Shown here one piece after another: positions 11,601 through 24,409 of a DNA stretch of 64,000 bases. Within the stretch, counting starts at the first letter, position 1. The number at the start of each line of letters is the position of its first letter. This stretch comes from Dictyostelium discoideum (Eukaryota), in assembly GCA_000004695.1 (NCBI GenBank), contig CM000153.2:832001-896000 (forward strand), written 5' to 3'. The notes beneath the pieces are model-generated. The model did no database searches, was not told where the DNA came from, and saw only the letters and a program-made list of their open reading frames with translations. A program made the translations under genes and the position numbers.

Positions 11601-14384
11601 CCCAAACATATAATTTATCTGAATGTTTATTCAAACCAATTAAAAAGAATTGGTATGGTAATAAAACACTACTTTCACCACCACCACCACCATTACGTCT
11701 ACTGCTGTCGTTATTAACTTTATTCTTATCAAAATCCATTGAATTATAATGATAAATTAAATTTAATGGATCAACTATATGAACTTCATCAATCCAATCA
11801 TCCTCTAATGTTGATTCTTCAATCATACCAATTGATAACAATGATGATTTAACATAATTCTCTTGACTAATCTCTATATAATATACAAATATACCATCTC
11901 TATTTGAAAAGAAACAAAACTTTTGATTTGGTGACCATGTCATTGAATAATATGATGGAAATGATCCAATATCAATTAAATAATTTGGTGATTGAATTTT
12001 CTATAATAACAATAACAATAATAATAATCGAAAAATTAATAAATATTAAATTTAAAAATATTTGTTTTTAAATATAAACTTACACTTGAATCTGTTGAAT
12101 TCCAAATAATAACATTATTTTGATAATCTAAAGATGAAAGATATGGTGAATTTTTAGATGCTGCCAACTTTTTAATTGTACTTTTATGACCATAACATCT
12201 AGATACTGGTGATGCATTTGTACTATTATTATTATTATATGTACATATAATAATAAAAAAGAAAAAAAGTATTAGAATATATGTATATATATATATATAT
12301 TTATATTTTCATTTAAAAAAAAAAGATAAACATTACATTTGAGTTTGATTTTGATTTTGAATATAAAATCTTCTTGAAGAGATTGCACCATTAAAAGAGT
12401 TAAAACAAACTTTAATTGAACCAGGAGTATTATCAGTCAATGACATTGGTTGATATAATGAGATGATTCTATTTGGACCAATTTCTTGTGGTGATAAAAT
12501 TTGACTATTAATCCAAATTGATAATGATGAAGTTTGCTTTGTCATTGAATCATCTGTTCTTAATTTCCACAACACTAAAGAACCATCCAATTTAATAACA
12601 ATAATCCAATCAACTATTTGTTTAGTTTTTGCTAAAGAATCTTTTTGTCTTAATAAAATTGGATTTGTTAAATGTAATTTAAAATCATGACTTCTTAAAT
12701 ATGAATTTGAATCATCTGTTGAATTATTATTATTATTACTATTACTATTTAATGATGTACCTGTAGTTCCACTTGAAGATTTTGATAATTTACCACCACT
12801 AAAACCACCACCTGCATTATTATTATTATTACTATTACTATTATTTTTTTCATCATTTATATTATTATCTTCATTATTTTTATTAAATATATCAAATTTA
12901 TCTTCATTTTGAGAATAAACCCAATCAACAATATCAGAACCTGATGGTATAATACTTGAAACATTAAATTGTAATCTTCTAGATTGTGGTGATTGTTGCC
13001 ATAAACGGACAACACCATCTTTGCAATTTGTTAATAAGATATTATGAGTTGAAGTTTTTCTATTTCTCCAAGAAATCCAAGTGATTGAACGTGGATGTGG
13101 TAAATAAATGAAACCATAGGTTTCACCTTCAAATTTTTTATTTTTCTGCTTATTGAAAATCTCTTTCAATTGATTCAATTGTTTTTGTAATTCTTCAATT
13201 GATTGTTCTTCTTTTTGTGGTTGTTGTTGTTGCTGTTGTTGTTCTTTATTTTTATTAGCATCACCACCTTTTTCTCTTTCTTTTTCTTTTTGTAATTTAT
13301 CTCTTTTATTTAATTCAGTATTGATATCGTTTGAATCTTCACCAGTGCCAATGCCACCACTACTAACCACCTCGTCAAAACCAATTTTATTTGCTTTATA
13401 GATTGGGCCTTTGTTGGTGAGTTTATTGAATTGCTCTTTGTATGCACCTTTTCTGTTCTTTTGTTTGGCCAATTCCTCACGTTGTAATAGTAATGATAAT
13501 TGTTCTTGTTGTAATTTAATTTGTTGCTCCTCTGCCAATAGCTTTGCTTTTGATTTCTTTTGAAGGAACCAAACCTTAATTAAACGATCAAATTTACCAC
13601 AAGTTGCAAAGAATGAACCATCGGGTGAACATGATAAATTATTAATTGGACTTGAACTATCAGTTTTCCAAACGATTTGTGCTTGCTTATTAAATAATTT
13701 TTGTTCTTTTATTCTTTGATCTTGTAAAAACTTTTCATTATTAACTCTAACTTGTGTATTATTATTCAATGCACTCGTTGTTGGTGTATTATTACCGCTA
13801 CTATTTAAATTGATTTTATTAGTCGTTGTTGTTGAACTAAATTCTTGATCTAAACTATTATTTTTACCAAATGACGATGACGATGTTGAATTTGGTGATG
13901 ATGTTGAATTATAATTATAATTATTATTGGCAGAACTACTACCACTACCACTACTAACACCACCACCATTATTAATTTGATAATTTTTCATAATGGTTTG
14001 TTGATCTAATTTCCATTTTACAATTTGTGAATGACCACCAACAATAAAAGAATTTGATTGTAACCATGATAAAGCTGTAATTTCAAATTGACTTGGTATT
14101 GTGAATACGTGTTCCCATAATCCTCTTTCTTTATTTAAAACGTATAAAAAGATTTCATGTGATGATGATGTTAATAACTTTGTATCGTTTGATAACCATG
14201 ATACGCATGTAACATCACTTTGATGTCCTGTTAAAACTTGAATAACTTTCAATGAAACTCCTTTCAATATATAAACATTTGATCCTGATGAATAGGAATA
14301 ATAAACATCATCTTCATAAATTGTATATGTAAATGTTAAAGGATTAGAGTTTGCTGACCCTGTTATAATTTGACTGGGTTTCAT
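5650..14384 (-). CDS. DmX-like / rabconnectin-3-alpha (Rav1-related) giant WD40 protein, about 2900 aa, multi-exon.
   Basis: Three long minus-strand ORFs (12333..14384, 8143..11943, 5650..7734) are collinear. The N-terminus MKPSQIITGSANSNP...GSNVYILKG...VIQVLTGH parallels the DMXL N-terminus (MHLHQVLTGAVNPGD...). The protein has N-terminal and C-terminal WD40 blocks (GSSDGNIKIWSL) and a central Rav1-like region (LLAGQLKKAVNLLLQMQGDFQLALVISRLYEG). Exon 1 is 12337..14384 (donor GTAATG). Exon 2 is 12084..12222 (donor GTAAGT). Exon 3 starts at 12000 after TTATTATAG. The segment 7735..8160 is coding-like but in shifting frames and is unresolved (see findings). Confidence 0.7.
8215..8700. repeat. 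Tandem repeat array inside a DmX-like coding exon (roughly 100-bp period, at least 8 copies of a shorter core).
   Basis: The motif CCAAAATCTAAACC(T/C)AAATCA recurs at least 8 times. It encodes repeated DLGLDFG / YMGLDFNTP peptide units separated by Ser/Gly/Asn-rich spacers. Confidence 0.8.
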
Positions 14385-14582
14385 TTTTTTTTTTTTTTTT
14401 TTTTTTTTTTTATTCTATAGAATAAAATAAATAAATAAAAAATAAATTGGGTTTTAAAAAAAAAAAAAAAAAAAAAATGAATAAAAAAAAAAAAAAAAAT
14501 CTTTATCCTTTAATTTTCTTTTAAAAATGTATCTTTTGGAGTGAACTTTGATGATTTTTTTAATTTATAAAAAAAAAAATAA

Positions 14583-14615
<33 letters not shown>

Positions 14616-15463
14616 ACTTTTAAAAAAATTAAAAAAAAAATTAAAAAAAAATAATTCACCAGTGTTTTCAAATTTTCAATTTTTTTTTTTTTTTTTTTTA
14701 TTTTTTTTTTAATAATTTTACACAAAAATGGAAATTCAATAAAAATTAAACAATGGAATTTAAATAATTTTTTTTAAAAAAAAAAAAAATATAATTAATT
14801 CAATCAGACAATCAATTGTCCAATTATAATTAATTTTTTAAAAATTTTATTTAAATGCACGTAAGTTTATCAATTTTGGAAAAAAAAAAAACTCAATTTT
14901 TAAAATATATGTAATGTTGAAATAAAAAAAAAAAAAAAAAAAAGGTCCAACTCGAATCCCACTATTATAGATTAAAAAAATAAAAAAATAATAAAAAAAA
15001 TTTCCAAATTTGGAAAAAATAGAAATAAAAAAGTAAACAAGTAATCTTTCCAGAAAATTAAAAAATGAATGAACCAACTTAGAAAAATCCAAGAACTGGT
15101 TAACAGTATCATTTTGATATAGTATAGGGTTGTATATTTGTGTTACATATATATATATATATATATATATATCTCTCCCCTTTAATATTTATTGGTTAAT
15201 ATTAAATTTAAAACATAAAATAAATATTTCCAGAAAAACTAAAAAATAAAAAAAAAATTTTAAAATGGAGGAGTCTCCAAGTTCAAAAAATTTTTATTTT
15301 TTTTTTATAATTTTTTTTATTTTATTTTTTTTTATATTTTTTTTTATTTTTTTTTCAAAATGAGTGCGGTTTTTTCAATTTTTTTTTTTTTTTTTTTTTT
15401 TTTCTTCTTTAGTTCCCCTTTTCTCAATCATCAACTAAATCAATAATAAACAATTAATCAAAA

Positions 15464-17687
15464 ATGACAATCTTTGATAGCGACGAAGAAGAGTTAGTTA
15501 CTAGTATGTGTATATTTATATAATAAACTATTTTTTTTTTTTTTTTTTTTTTTTTTATAAAAAATGCATAAATACTAACATCTTTTTTTTTTTTTTTTAA
15601 ATTTTTTTAATGTGTGAAGCTCTCAGTGATTTCGAACCACCAGTTCAAATTGATACTTCATTCAATAAATTTATTGTAGTTGATAATATTCCAGTTGCAC
15701 CAGAGGCAAAACACGAGAAATTGAAATCTATTTTAGTTAAAATCTATCAAAATAGACCAGGTGCTGAAGTTGTTGGTATTCATTTAGCATTAGATGCTCA
15801 AAGAAATACTAAAGGGTAAAAAAAAAAAAAATAATAATAATAATATAAATAATTTATAATACATTATAACTAATTAAATATAATCAATCATAATCAATTT
15901 ATATATTTAGTTTTGCATTTATTGAATATTCAAAAAAAGAATCAGCAATTGATGCAGCAACTTCATTAAATAATTATCCATTAGATAAATCACATACATT
16001 AAAAGTTAATTTATTAGATGATTTTAGCAAATTTGCCAATTTTGAAGAAACTTATAAACCACCAACTAGAGAAGATTTTAAACCAAAACCAAATTACAAT
16101 CAATGGTTATCAGATCCAAAAGCATTGAAAGGTTATGACCAATTTGTAACACGTTATGGTGATTATACAGATATTTGTTGGAATGAGATGCATGTTGGTA
16201 AACCAATGGTAGAGAAATCATCGGTTTCATTGACCTCATCATACGTTCAATGGTCAAACACTGGTAGTTATTTAGTTACATTCCACCCAGACGGCATTGC
16301 TTTGTATGGTGGTAAAGATTGGATTCAAGTGAATCTTTTCGAACATCGTGGTGTTCAATTGGTAGATTTCTCACCAGAGGATAAATATTTGATTACATTT
16401 GCACCAATTGCATCCGATAATCCAAACTCACCAAAATCCATCGTAGTATGGGATGTACGTAGTGGCAAGAAGTTGAGATCATTCTTGGCCCCACCAAAGG
16501 AGCAATTCACATGGCCAGCCTTCCAATGGTCCGCCAAGGATAAATACATTGCACGTATCGAACAGTTGGAGAAGGGTATCAACATCTATGAAACTCCATC
16601 AATGAATCTTTTAGATGATAAAATTTTCGAAGTCAAAGGTATCAAAGATTTCAGTTGGTCACCAACCGATTTATCATTGGCCTACTTTGTACCAGCAAAT
16701 GATCCATTACCAGCAAAGATCTGTCTCGTTGAGATGCCATCCAAGAAACTCCTCGCCGAAAAGAGTATTTGGGGTGCCACCGACGCCCGTTTCCATTGGC
16801 AAAATGAAGGTGCTTATCTTTGTGTAAAGACCGATAAAGTTGCCACTGGTAAGACCAAAAAAGAAAAGATTCCAACCACTAGCTTTGAACTCTTCCGTAC
16901 TCATGAACCAAACGTACCAATTGAATCCTTTGAAATTCAATACGCAATCAAAGCCTTCTCTTGGGAACCAAGAGGCAAGAGAATTTGTATCATTCATGGT
17001 GAATTCAAGATGAACATGTTTGTTAGTTTCTTTGAAGTTCAAAAAACAAGTGTTAAACTCATTAGTAAATTAGAGAATCGTAAATTGAATACCATCTTTT
17101 GGTCACCACGTGGTACTTTGGTATTATTGGCCAATTTGGGTGACACTGGTGAATTGGAATTCTACAACACTCAAGACTGTGAATCCTATGGCACTCAAGA
17201 ACATCTCCAATGTACTGGTGTCGATTGGAATCCATCTGGTCGTTATGTTACCACCTTTGTTAGTCATTGGAAGGTTCAAACCGATACTGGTTTCAACATT
17301 TGGTCATTCAATGGTGATCTCGTCTACTCTGTACTCAAGGATCGTTTCTTCCAATTCAATTGGCGTCCAAGACCAAAATTCATGCTCACCAATAAAGAAA
17401 TCAATCAAATCAAACAAAACATCAAAAAATATCAAGAGAAATTCGATAAACAAGATGAAGATGATAATAAAGCCATTCAACATATTGAACAAACTCGTCT
17501 TGATAATTTAATGAAAGAATTTTTATCTTTCCTTCAAAAAGGTGAACAAGAATATCAAGCACTCGAACCAACTAGAAAACAACTTGGTTCTTATGAAGAT
17601 ATTGATCCAAATGATATCTATGAATCAATTGAAACAATTGAAGAACTTATTGATATTAAAACTATTGTTTTAAAGAAAATAAATTAA
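15464..17687 (+). CDS. eif3B: Eukaryotic translation initiation factor 3 subunit B (eIF3b/PRT1), 668 aa.
   Basis: Three exons: 15464..15504 (MTIFDSDEEELVT, donor GTATGT), 15627..15815 (RRM: FIVVDNIPV...) and 15911..17687. The RNP1 motif KGFAFIEY spans the exon 2/3 junction. The WD40 beta-propeller segment FSWSPTDLSLAYFVP is typical of eIF3b. Intron phases are consistent and the coding length is 2004 nt. Confidence 0.9.
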
Positions 17688-17933
17688 ATTTAAAATAAAA
17701 TAATAAAAAAAAAAAAAAAAAAAAAAAATTAAATTAATAAATTTAAAAAAAAAAAAAAAATAGATAGTTTTTTTTAGAAAATAATATAAAAAAAAAAAAA
17801 AAAAAAAAACATATCAAAATCAAAATGGTGATCAAAAAAAAAAAAAAAAAAAGATATTTTTAGAAAAAAAAAAATAATTTTTTTTTTATGTGGTTTTTTT
17901 TTTCAAAATTTTAATTTTTAATTTTTTTTTTTT

Positions 17934-18518
17934 TTATAATAAATTACAAGATTTCTTTTTTTTAATTGGTTGATCAGTATTTTGTTCTTGAGAATTTGAA
18001 TGTTGATTTGATTGACGAGCTTTTTTAACTTCTCTAACAAGTTCATAAAAAGATTCAGAAACATTGATTCTTTCTTTGGCAGAGGTTTCCAAGAATTTAC
18101 AGTTTAACTTCTTTGCCAATTCTTCACCTTCGGCGGTTGAAACTTCACGATATTCATTGAGATCACATTTATTTCCTACCAATACGAATGGTACTGAATC
18201 TAAATCTTTTACTTTCAAAAGATGATTATGTAAACGATGAATCTCTTTAAAACTTTGAAGATATGTAATTGAGTAAACGCATAGAAATCCCTCACCTGTA
18301 CGCATATATTGATCCCTAACCGCACTGAAATCTTCTTGACCTGCGGTATCATAAATATCTAATAAACACTCCTCTCCATCAACTGTTGTTTGCTTTCTAT
18401 ATGAATCTTCTAATGTTGGATCATATTCATCCACAAATTTTTGTGCAATAAATTGAATTGTTAAACATGATTTACCAACACCACCTGGTCCAACTAATAC
18501 TAATTTAAAATTAAACAT
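17934..18518 (-). CDS. Ras-family small GTPase, 194 aa, single exon, with polybasic-CAAX tail KKKKSCNLL (geranylgeranyl type).
   Basis: G1 motif GPGGVGKS, effector region [13 protein letters not shown]3 DTAGQE, G4 GNKCD, G5 ETSAK. Confidence 0.85.
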   Translation of the reverse strand: MFNFKLVLVGPGGVGKSCLTIQFIAQKFVDEYDPTLEDSYRKQTTVDGEECLLDIYDTAGQEDFSAVRDQYMRTGEGFLCVYSITYLQSFKEIHRLHNHLLKVKDLDSVPFVLVGNKCDLNEYREVSTAEGEELAKKLNCKFLETSAKERINVSESFYELVREVKKARQSNQHSNSQEQNTDQPIKKKKSCNLL

Positions 18519-18523
18519 TGTTT

Positions 18524-18554
<31 letters not shown>

Positions 18555-18558
18555 GAAT

Positions 18559-18595
<37 letters not shown>

Positions 18596-19050
18596 AAAAA
18601 AATTAAAAAATTTATATATGATACAAGTTTAAACTATTATTATTCGATATATAATAGTTGTAGTAGTGTTTAGGTAATGTGATTTAATTATTAACAGTAA
18701 TTTTGATTATATACTGTGATGATATTAATATGGTTTTTTTGTTTTTTTTTTTTCTGGAGGTGATTTGAATTCAAATAAAAAGTAAATAAATAAAAAAAAT
18801 AAAAAAAATAAAAAAAACAAAAAAAAAAATAAAAAAAATTAAAAAAAAAAAAAAATTTTATCAAAAAAAAAAAAAAAAATTTAAAAAAAAAAATAAAAAA
18901 ATAAAAAAATAATAAAAATTTTATCAAAAAAAAAAAAAATTAAAAAAAATATATTGTTGTGGTGAGGAGTTTTGTTTTGATTGCTTAAACTTTTGGTGGT
19001 TAGATAAAGAGATAGATAGATAGAGTCGGTTATATCTAGATTTCAATATG

Positions 19051-19114
<64 letters not shown>

Positions 19115-19124
19115 AAAAATTTAA

Positions 19125-19176
<52 letters not shown>

Positions 19177-19319
19177 GTATGAAAAATTATTATTATTATT
19201 TTTCATACTTTTTATTATTTTATTATTTTATTTTTTAAATTTTTTTTTATTTTTTATTTTTTTTAATTTACAGTTTTATTTTATTTTTTAATTAATATAT
19301 ATGTGTGAGATAAAAATAG

Positions 19320-19361
<42 letters not shown>

Positions 19362-19424
19362 GGTTTTTTTTTTTGTATATATGAATTGAAATTATTTTGA
19401 GAGATATATATATTTATATTTATA

Positions 19425-19742
19425 TTAATGGGCTTTATTTGAAGAAGTGGAAATTAGAGCGGCATTTAAAAGTGGTTGTTGTTGGAAATAATCATTATCA
19501 CCCATTGAATTGCCAAGTGCCCAATCAGCAGAATCAAAAAATTTTCTTCCATGTATTCTTTGATTCATTAACCCTTTCTTTTGTAAACCAGAATATTTTG
19601 GATTTGTTGGAGGTGGGGTTAAATGATTATCATTTTTATTAATTGAAATAATTGTATTTATAGTATTATTTGTTGAAGTTGTATTTGTAGTAGTAGTGTT
19701 ATTACTATTATTTGAATCGTTATTTAATTCTAATTTTGACAT
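19425..19742 (-). CDS. Small protein (105 aa) with an endosulfine/ARPP-19/Igo-like core. Candidate PP2A-B55 inhibitor.
   Basis: The segment LQKKGLMNQRIHGRKFFDSADWALG matches the endosulfine consensus (KRLQKGQKYFDSGDYNMA), including the Greatwall-site serine in FDS. It has a poly-Asn/Thr N-terminus. It is the only ORF in the 18.5-22.1 kb region. Confidence 0.5.
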   Translation of the reverse strand: MSKLELNNDSNNSNNTTTTNTTSTNNTINTIISINKNDNHLTPPPTNPKYSGLQKKGLMNQRIHGRKFFDSADWALGNSMGDNDYFQQQPLLNAALISTSSNKAH

Positions 19743-20288
19743 TTTTTTTTTTTAATATAATAATTTGAATATTTGAAAGGTTGGAATCGGAATTTATAGT
19801 TAAAATTTAAATTATTTATTTTTTTTTTTTATAAAAGTACAGTTAAAGTTATTGTATATTTGTTTTTGAAGAGGTGAATTATATAGTTATTGTAATATAT
19901 ATATGTATTATATAAAGGTTTTTTTTTTTTTTTTTTTTTTTGAATTGAATTGAATTGAATTAATTTTTTTTAATAAATAAAATATTGTACAGAATTTAAA
20001 AGGCTGAAAAAAGAAAAAAAAAAAAAATAAAAAATGAATATTAGAATTTTGAGTTTAAAATTATTATTATTGGGTTATTATTATTTGTTTAAAAGAATGA
20101 AAAAATTTTTGTTTGAATTGCTTTTTAAATTTATAAATTTTTTTTTTTTTTTCTTTAAATTAAATTTAAAATATTAATATTTACAATACACGTTGGCAAT
20201 ATTCGGTGTAAAAAATAAAAATACCACAAAAAAACATAAAAATTTAAATTTTTATATATATGTGTGGGTATTTTAAGACAACAAATTT

Positions 20289-20338
20289 TGTGTGTGTATG
20301 TGTGTGTATATGTGTGTGTGTGTGTTTGTTTATGTGTA
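20289..20338. repeat. (GT)n / (TG)n dinucleotide microsatellite.
   Basis: tgtgtgtatgtgtgtgtatatgtgtgtgtgtgtgt. Confidence 0.9.
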
Positions 20339-22023
20339 TTATTACAAATTTGAGAGGGAATGAATTAATACATTAAATTACAATTTTTTATTTATTTATT
20401 TTTTTTTTTTTTTTTACAATTTATTTTTTTTAATTTGGAAAATCGTCATTATAGTTAGTTATTTTAATTAATTTTTTATTATTTTTTATTATTTTTTTGT
20501 TATTACTATTTTTTTAAAATAATTTTGTGATAATGATGATTTTATGTTTATATATTAAAATTTTAATTTTGTGTCATAAAATATCTTTTGATCTGTTGTG
20601 TCACCATTTTTTGTGGGATTTTTTTTAGTGTGTGGGAAGTACATGAAATTTAAACATTGCCTAAAAAAAAAAAATAAAAAAAAAATAATAATCCAACTTA
20701 TAAAAAAAAAACTTTTCAATCGACTTTATTTAATTCAATGAAAAAAAAGTTCAATTGGTTAAAACAAATAAAATCATATTGTCGTTATGATTCTATTTTT
20801 TTACCTTACCTTCTCTTAATTTTGAGAATTAATAAAAAAAGAAAAAAAAATTTTAATCTGTTTTAATTAATAAAAAAATAAAAAAAAAAAAAAAAAAACA
20901 TTAAAAAATAAAAATAAAATAAAATAAAATAAAAAAAAAAAAAATAAATTAAAATTAAAAAATAAAAAAAAAAAAAAAAAAAAACAATGAGAATCTCATG
21001 CGATTACAATTGTTTAATTTAAAGGAAATTAAGAAAAATATGTCGAAATCTCATTTCCTTTTAAACTTGGAAAGTACAAAAAAAAAAAAAAATAAAAAAA
21101 AAAATTAAAATAAAAAAAAAAAAAAAAAAGATATTTTTTTGATTGATTAGATAAATTAATAAATTATTTTGGATTTTATTATTTTTTTTTATTTTATATT
21201 TATTTTATTTTTATTTTTATTTTTATTTTATTTTTTTCAATACAAATAAAATATAATATTTCAAGTATTCTATTAAAATTACAATAAAATGAATATTCAC
21301 ATAAATATTCTTTAATTATTTGAAAAGTAAATAAAATAACGTTAAAAAAAAAAAATCTATTTAAATTCAAAATTAAAAAGTTTTTTTTTCAACTTCCAAG
21401 CAAAGAATAATCGAGTATTTTATTACTTAATTAAAAAAAAAAAATAAAAAAAAATAATAATAATAAAAATAATGGTTAAAATAATAAACAAAATAATAGA
21501 AAACTTTAATAATAAAGCCAAATTGAATATGGTTTTATTATTTTAATTAAAATAAAAAAAAAAATAACCAATTAAATTTTTTTTTTTTTTTTAATATTAG
21601 AAATAATAGAAATATTAAAATCAAATTTACAATTGTAAATTTTATTTTTATTATTTCTATTATTATTCAAAAATTAAGTTGATTTGATTGATTTTAATTA
21701 ATAAGAATTGGTAAATATTATTTTCTTTTTTTTTTTTTTTTTTCCGAATAATATTTGAAATTTCGACCAATTTTTTTTTTAACATTTTGCTCTAATTAAA
21801 ATCTTATAAGAATTTTTACCAACACCTATTATGGAGGTAATATTAAAAAACTTTATTTTTTTATTTTTTTATTTTTTTGATTGAAGTGTTTATTTCCATT
21901 TTTGAAATTTTTGTTAAAAAGTTATTTGATTTTAAAATTAATATATTTCGTGTGGGCTATATTTTTTTTTTTTTTTTATTTTTTTTTTTTTTATTTTATT
22001 TTGTTTTATTTTTTTTTTTTTCG

Positions 22024-22062
<39 letters not shown>

Positions 22063-22107
22063 TTTTCATTTTTTCATTCACATCACTAAACACATCAATC
22101 AAATAAA

Positions 22108-22233
22108 ATGTTAGGTCGTTTAATTAAAGATACCACTCAATTTGTCAAATCCTCAACCAAATTTGGTATTGTTTGGGGTCCAAAACTTGCCCCATGGGGT
22201 ATCACTTTAGGTAAGAGAGCTTCATCAATGATT

Positions 22234-22265
<32 letters not shown>

Positions 22266-22499
22266 GTCAAATGACACAGCGCAGATAGCAGAAATGAATA
22301 TTTGATTTTAAAATTTATTTAATTTATATTTTTATTTTTATTTAAATTGGAAATTTTCATTTTATTATTAGGGCTCGGGGCTTTTTACTTTTTCCAACCA
22401 AAATTTTTATTCAAACCCCTTCCAATCATTGGTAGCAACTATCTCACTCAAAAAGATCTCGATAAAATGAAAAAAGAAGCTGCTGAAAACAGTCAATAA
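22108..22499 (+). CDS. Small two-exon gene encoding a 76-aa single-pass membrane protein. Possibly a mitochondrial-complex subunit. Unidentified.
   Basis: Exon 1 is 22108..22210 (MLGRLIKDTTQFVKSSTKFGIVWGPKLAPWGITL, donor GTAAGA, phase 1). The intron is 161 nt. Exon 2 is 22372..22499 (GLGAFYFFQPKFLFKPLPIIGSNYLTQKDLDKMKKEAAENSQ*). It has a hydrophobic core with a GxxLGLG motif. Confidence 0.5.
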
Positions 22500-22635
22500 A
22501 TTTATTATAGCATAAATAAATAAAAAAAAAGAAAAAAAAAAAAAAGAAATAAAAGATTCATATTATGGATGTAATAATAAAAGAAAAAAAAAAAAAAAAA
22601 AAAAGTAGAAAAATAAATTAAAAAGGTAGGTAATA

Positions 22636-22640
<5 letters not shown>

Positions 22641-22730
<90 letters not shown>

Positions 22731-22739
22731 AACATTGGT
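22641..22739. repeat. (ATT)n trinucleotide microsatellite, about 33 units.
   Basis: A perfect attatt... run in the 3' flank of the small gene. Confidence 0.95.
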
Positions 22740-22935
22740 TTATTTTAAAATTTTTTATCTAACATTTAGCATATAACACTTATATATAGGTTTTTTTTTC
22801 TTGGTTTATAAACAAATAAAATTAACAAAATAAAAATAAAAAAATATTAAATATATATAAAAAAAATTCATTTCATGAATCAATATTCATATTGATATTA
22901 AAGTTTATTTCTTTATTGAATTCATTTGGAAATTA

Positions 22936-22966
<31 letters not shown>

Positions 22967-23358
22967 TTATAATAATAATAATAATAATAGTTGGTGGTAG
23001 TATAGCACAAGCAAGAAAATATTTTACTTGTCATTTTTTATATTTTGTTTTTTTATTATTATTTTTATTATTATTTATCATCATTCATCTCACCATTTTG
23101 TTTTATTCTCAACCTACAAATAAAAAAAATAAATAAAAAATAAAAAATACACACTTTTTTTTATACCCACAAATTGATATAATTTAATTTAATTTTTATT
23201 TATTATTATTTTTTTTTTTTTTGTGTTTATTTGAAATTCACACCTAACACTTGTGAATTTACATTTTCATTTTTTTTTTTTTCTATTCATTTTTTTTTTT
23301 TTTATTTATATAATTTTTTTTATTTTATATCATTTTGCAATAGTGTAAACTTTTAGTA

Positions 23359-24264
23359 ATGACCAAACCAACCTTGACATACGTAAATATATTAATTTTT
23401 TTATTCTTTTAATTTTAAATTATAAAATTAATTATTTTTTTTATTTTTTTTTATTTTTTAACTTTTTTAAGTTTCCAGTTCGTGGAAGAGTTCAATTTCC
23501 AAGATGTTTATTAGAATACCTTGGTGAAGAATATAATTTTAACGAGGTTAAAACTATATCTGATGATTTAAGAAAACAATTATTGTTTAAACAACTACCA
23601 CTTTATCAAGAAGGAGATTTCAAAATCGTTCAAACTCCTGCAATAATTGATTACATTTCAGAGAAACATGATTTTCGTGGTAAAACCAAGTAAGTTTTTT
23701 TTTTAAATATATTTTTTATATTCTTTTATTTTTGTAGAGTTTTCTTTATTAATTTCAATTTTTTAATTTTAAATCTTTCACAATTTTATTTAATATTTTT
23801 TAGAGAAGAAAGAGCAAGAGCTCATCAATGTTTAGCAGGTATAATGGAAGTTTTGGACCATTGTTTGGGATATTCATTTAAAGTAGATTCTTTATATTTT
23901 TTATTTTTTTTATTTTTTTAAAAACATATTAATCACCAACTATTAATTAATCTTTTTTTTATTTTTTTATTTTATTTTTTAACAATAGATGGATAAACAA
24001 CAACAAGAAAAATTCAGAAATGAAAGTCCAATAAAGAAATTTTTTGAAGGTTTTGAAATGGTACTTTCTCAAAATAAATATTTGGCATCTGGTGAAAAAG
24101 AAACTTATGTTGATCTTATGGCATTTGTAATGGTTGACTATGTCACTAATTTGGGTCTTATGCCAAGTGGTGATTATCCTAAACTAATCTCTTTGAAAAA
24201 ACATTATGAATCATCACCACAACTTAAAAAATATTTGGAATCAAGACCACAATCTAATTTCTAG
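23359..24264 (+). CDS. Glutathione S-transferase (alpha/sigma-like), 198 aa, 4 exons.
   Basis: Exons are 23359..23382 (MTKPTLTY), 23472..23689 (FPVRGRVQFPRCLLEYLGEEY...), 23804..23882 and 23989..24264. The N-terminal thioredoxin-fold TYFPVRGR and the C-terminal helical domain fit GST architecture. Confidence 0.75.
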
Positions 24265-24409
24265 AATATTCCTCAATTTTTTATTAATTTTTAATTTTAA
24301 TTATTAAATAAAAAAAGAATAAAATAAAACTAAATAGCATTCAATGATGATGATAATAATAAAATTTATACATATATATATATAAATAATTTATTTATTA
24401 ATATATAAT

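Noticed and set aside
14935-14965. tRNA-like T-loop fragment GGTCCAACTCGAATCCC.
   Set aside because: There is no complementary acceptor stem, D-arm or anticodon arm nearby. It is isolated in poly-A sequence. No convincing tRNA, rRNA or snRNA gene was found anywhere in the window.
14510-15092. ORFs 14510..14725 and 14847..15092 (minus) between the DmX-like gene and eIF3b.
   Set aside because: They are translations of poly-A/poly-T promoter DNA (poly-F/K/I peptides) with no complexity. This is the divergent promoter region.
18691-18927. ORF 18691..18927 (-), and similar poly-F/poly-K ORFs at 21877..22089, 28151..28405, 33412..33621, 33683..33931, 35542..35778, 41447..41665, 49345..49641, 51395..51589, 53423..53764 and 56618..56845.
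   Set aside because: All are artefacts of long T- or A-rich tracts or microsatellites in intergenic or intronic DNA.
20980-21080. Short repeated GAATCTCAT / GAAATCTCAT motifs suggestive of a snoRNA.
   Set aside because: There are no C/D (RUGAUGA...CUGA) or H/ACA boxes in register. I cannot support an ncRNA call from sequence alone.
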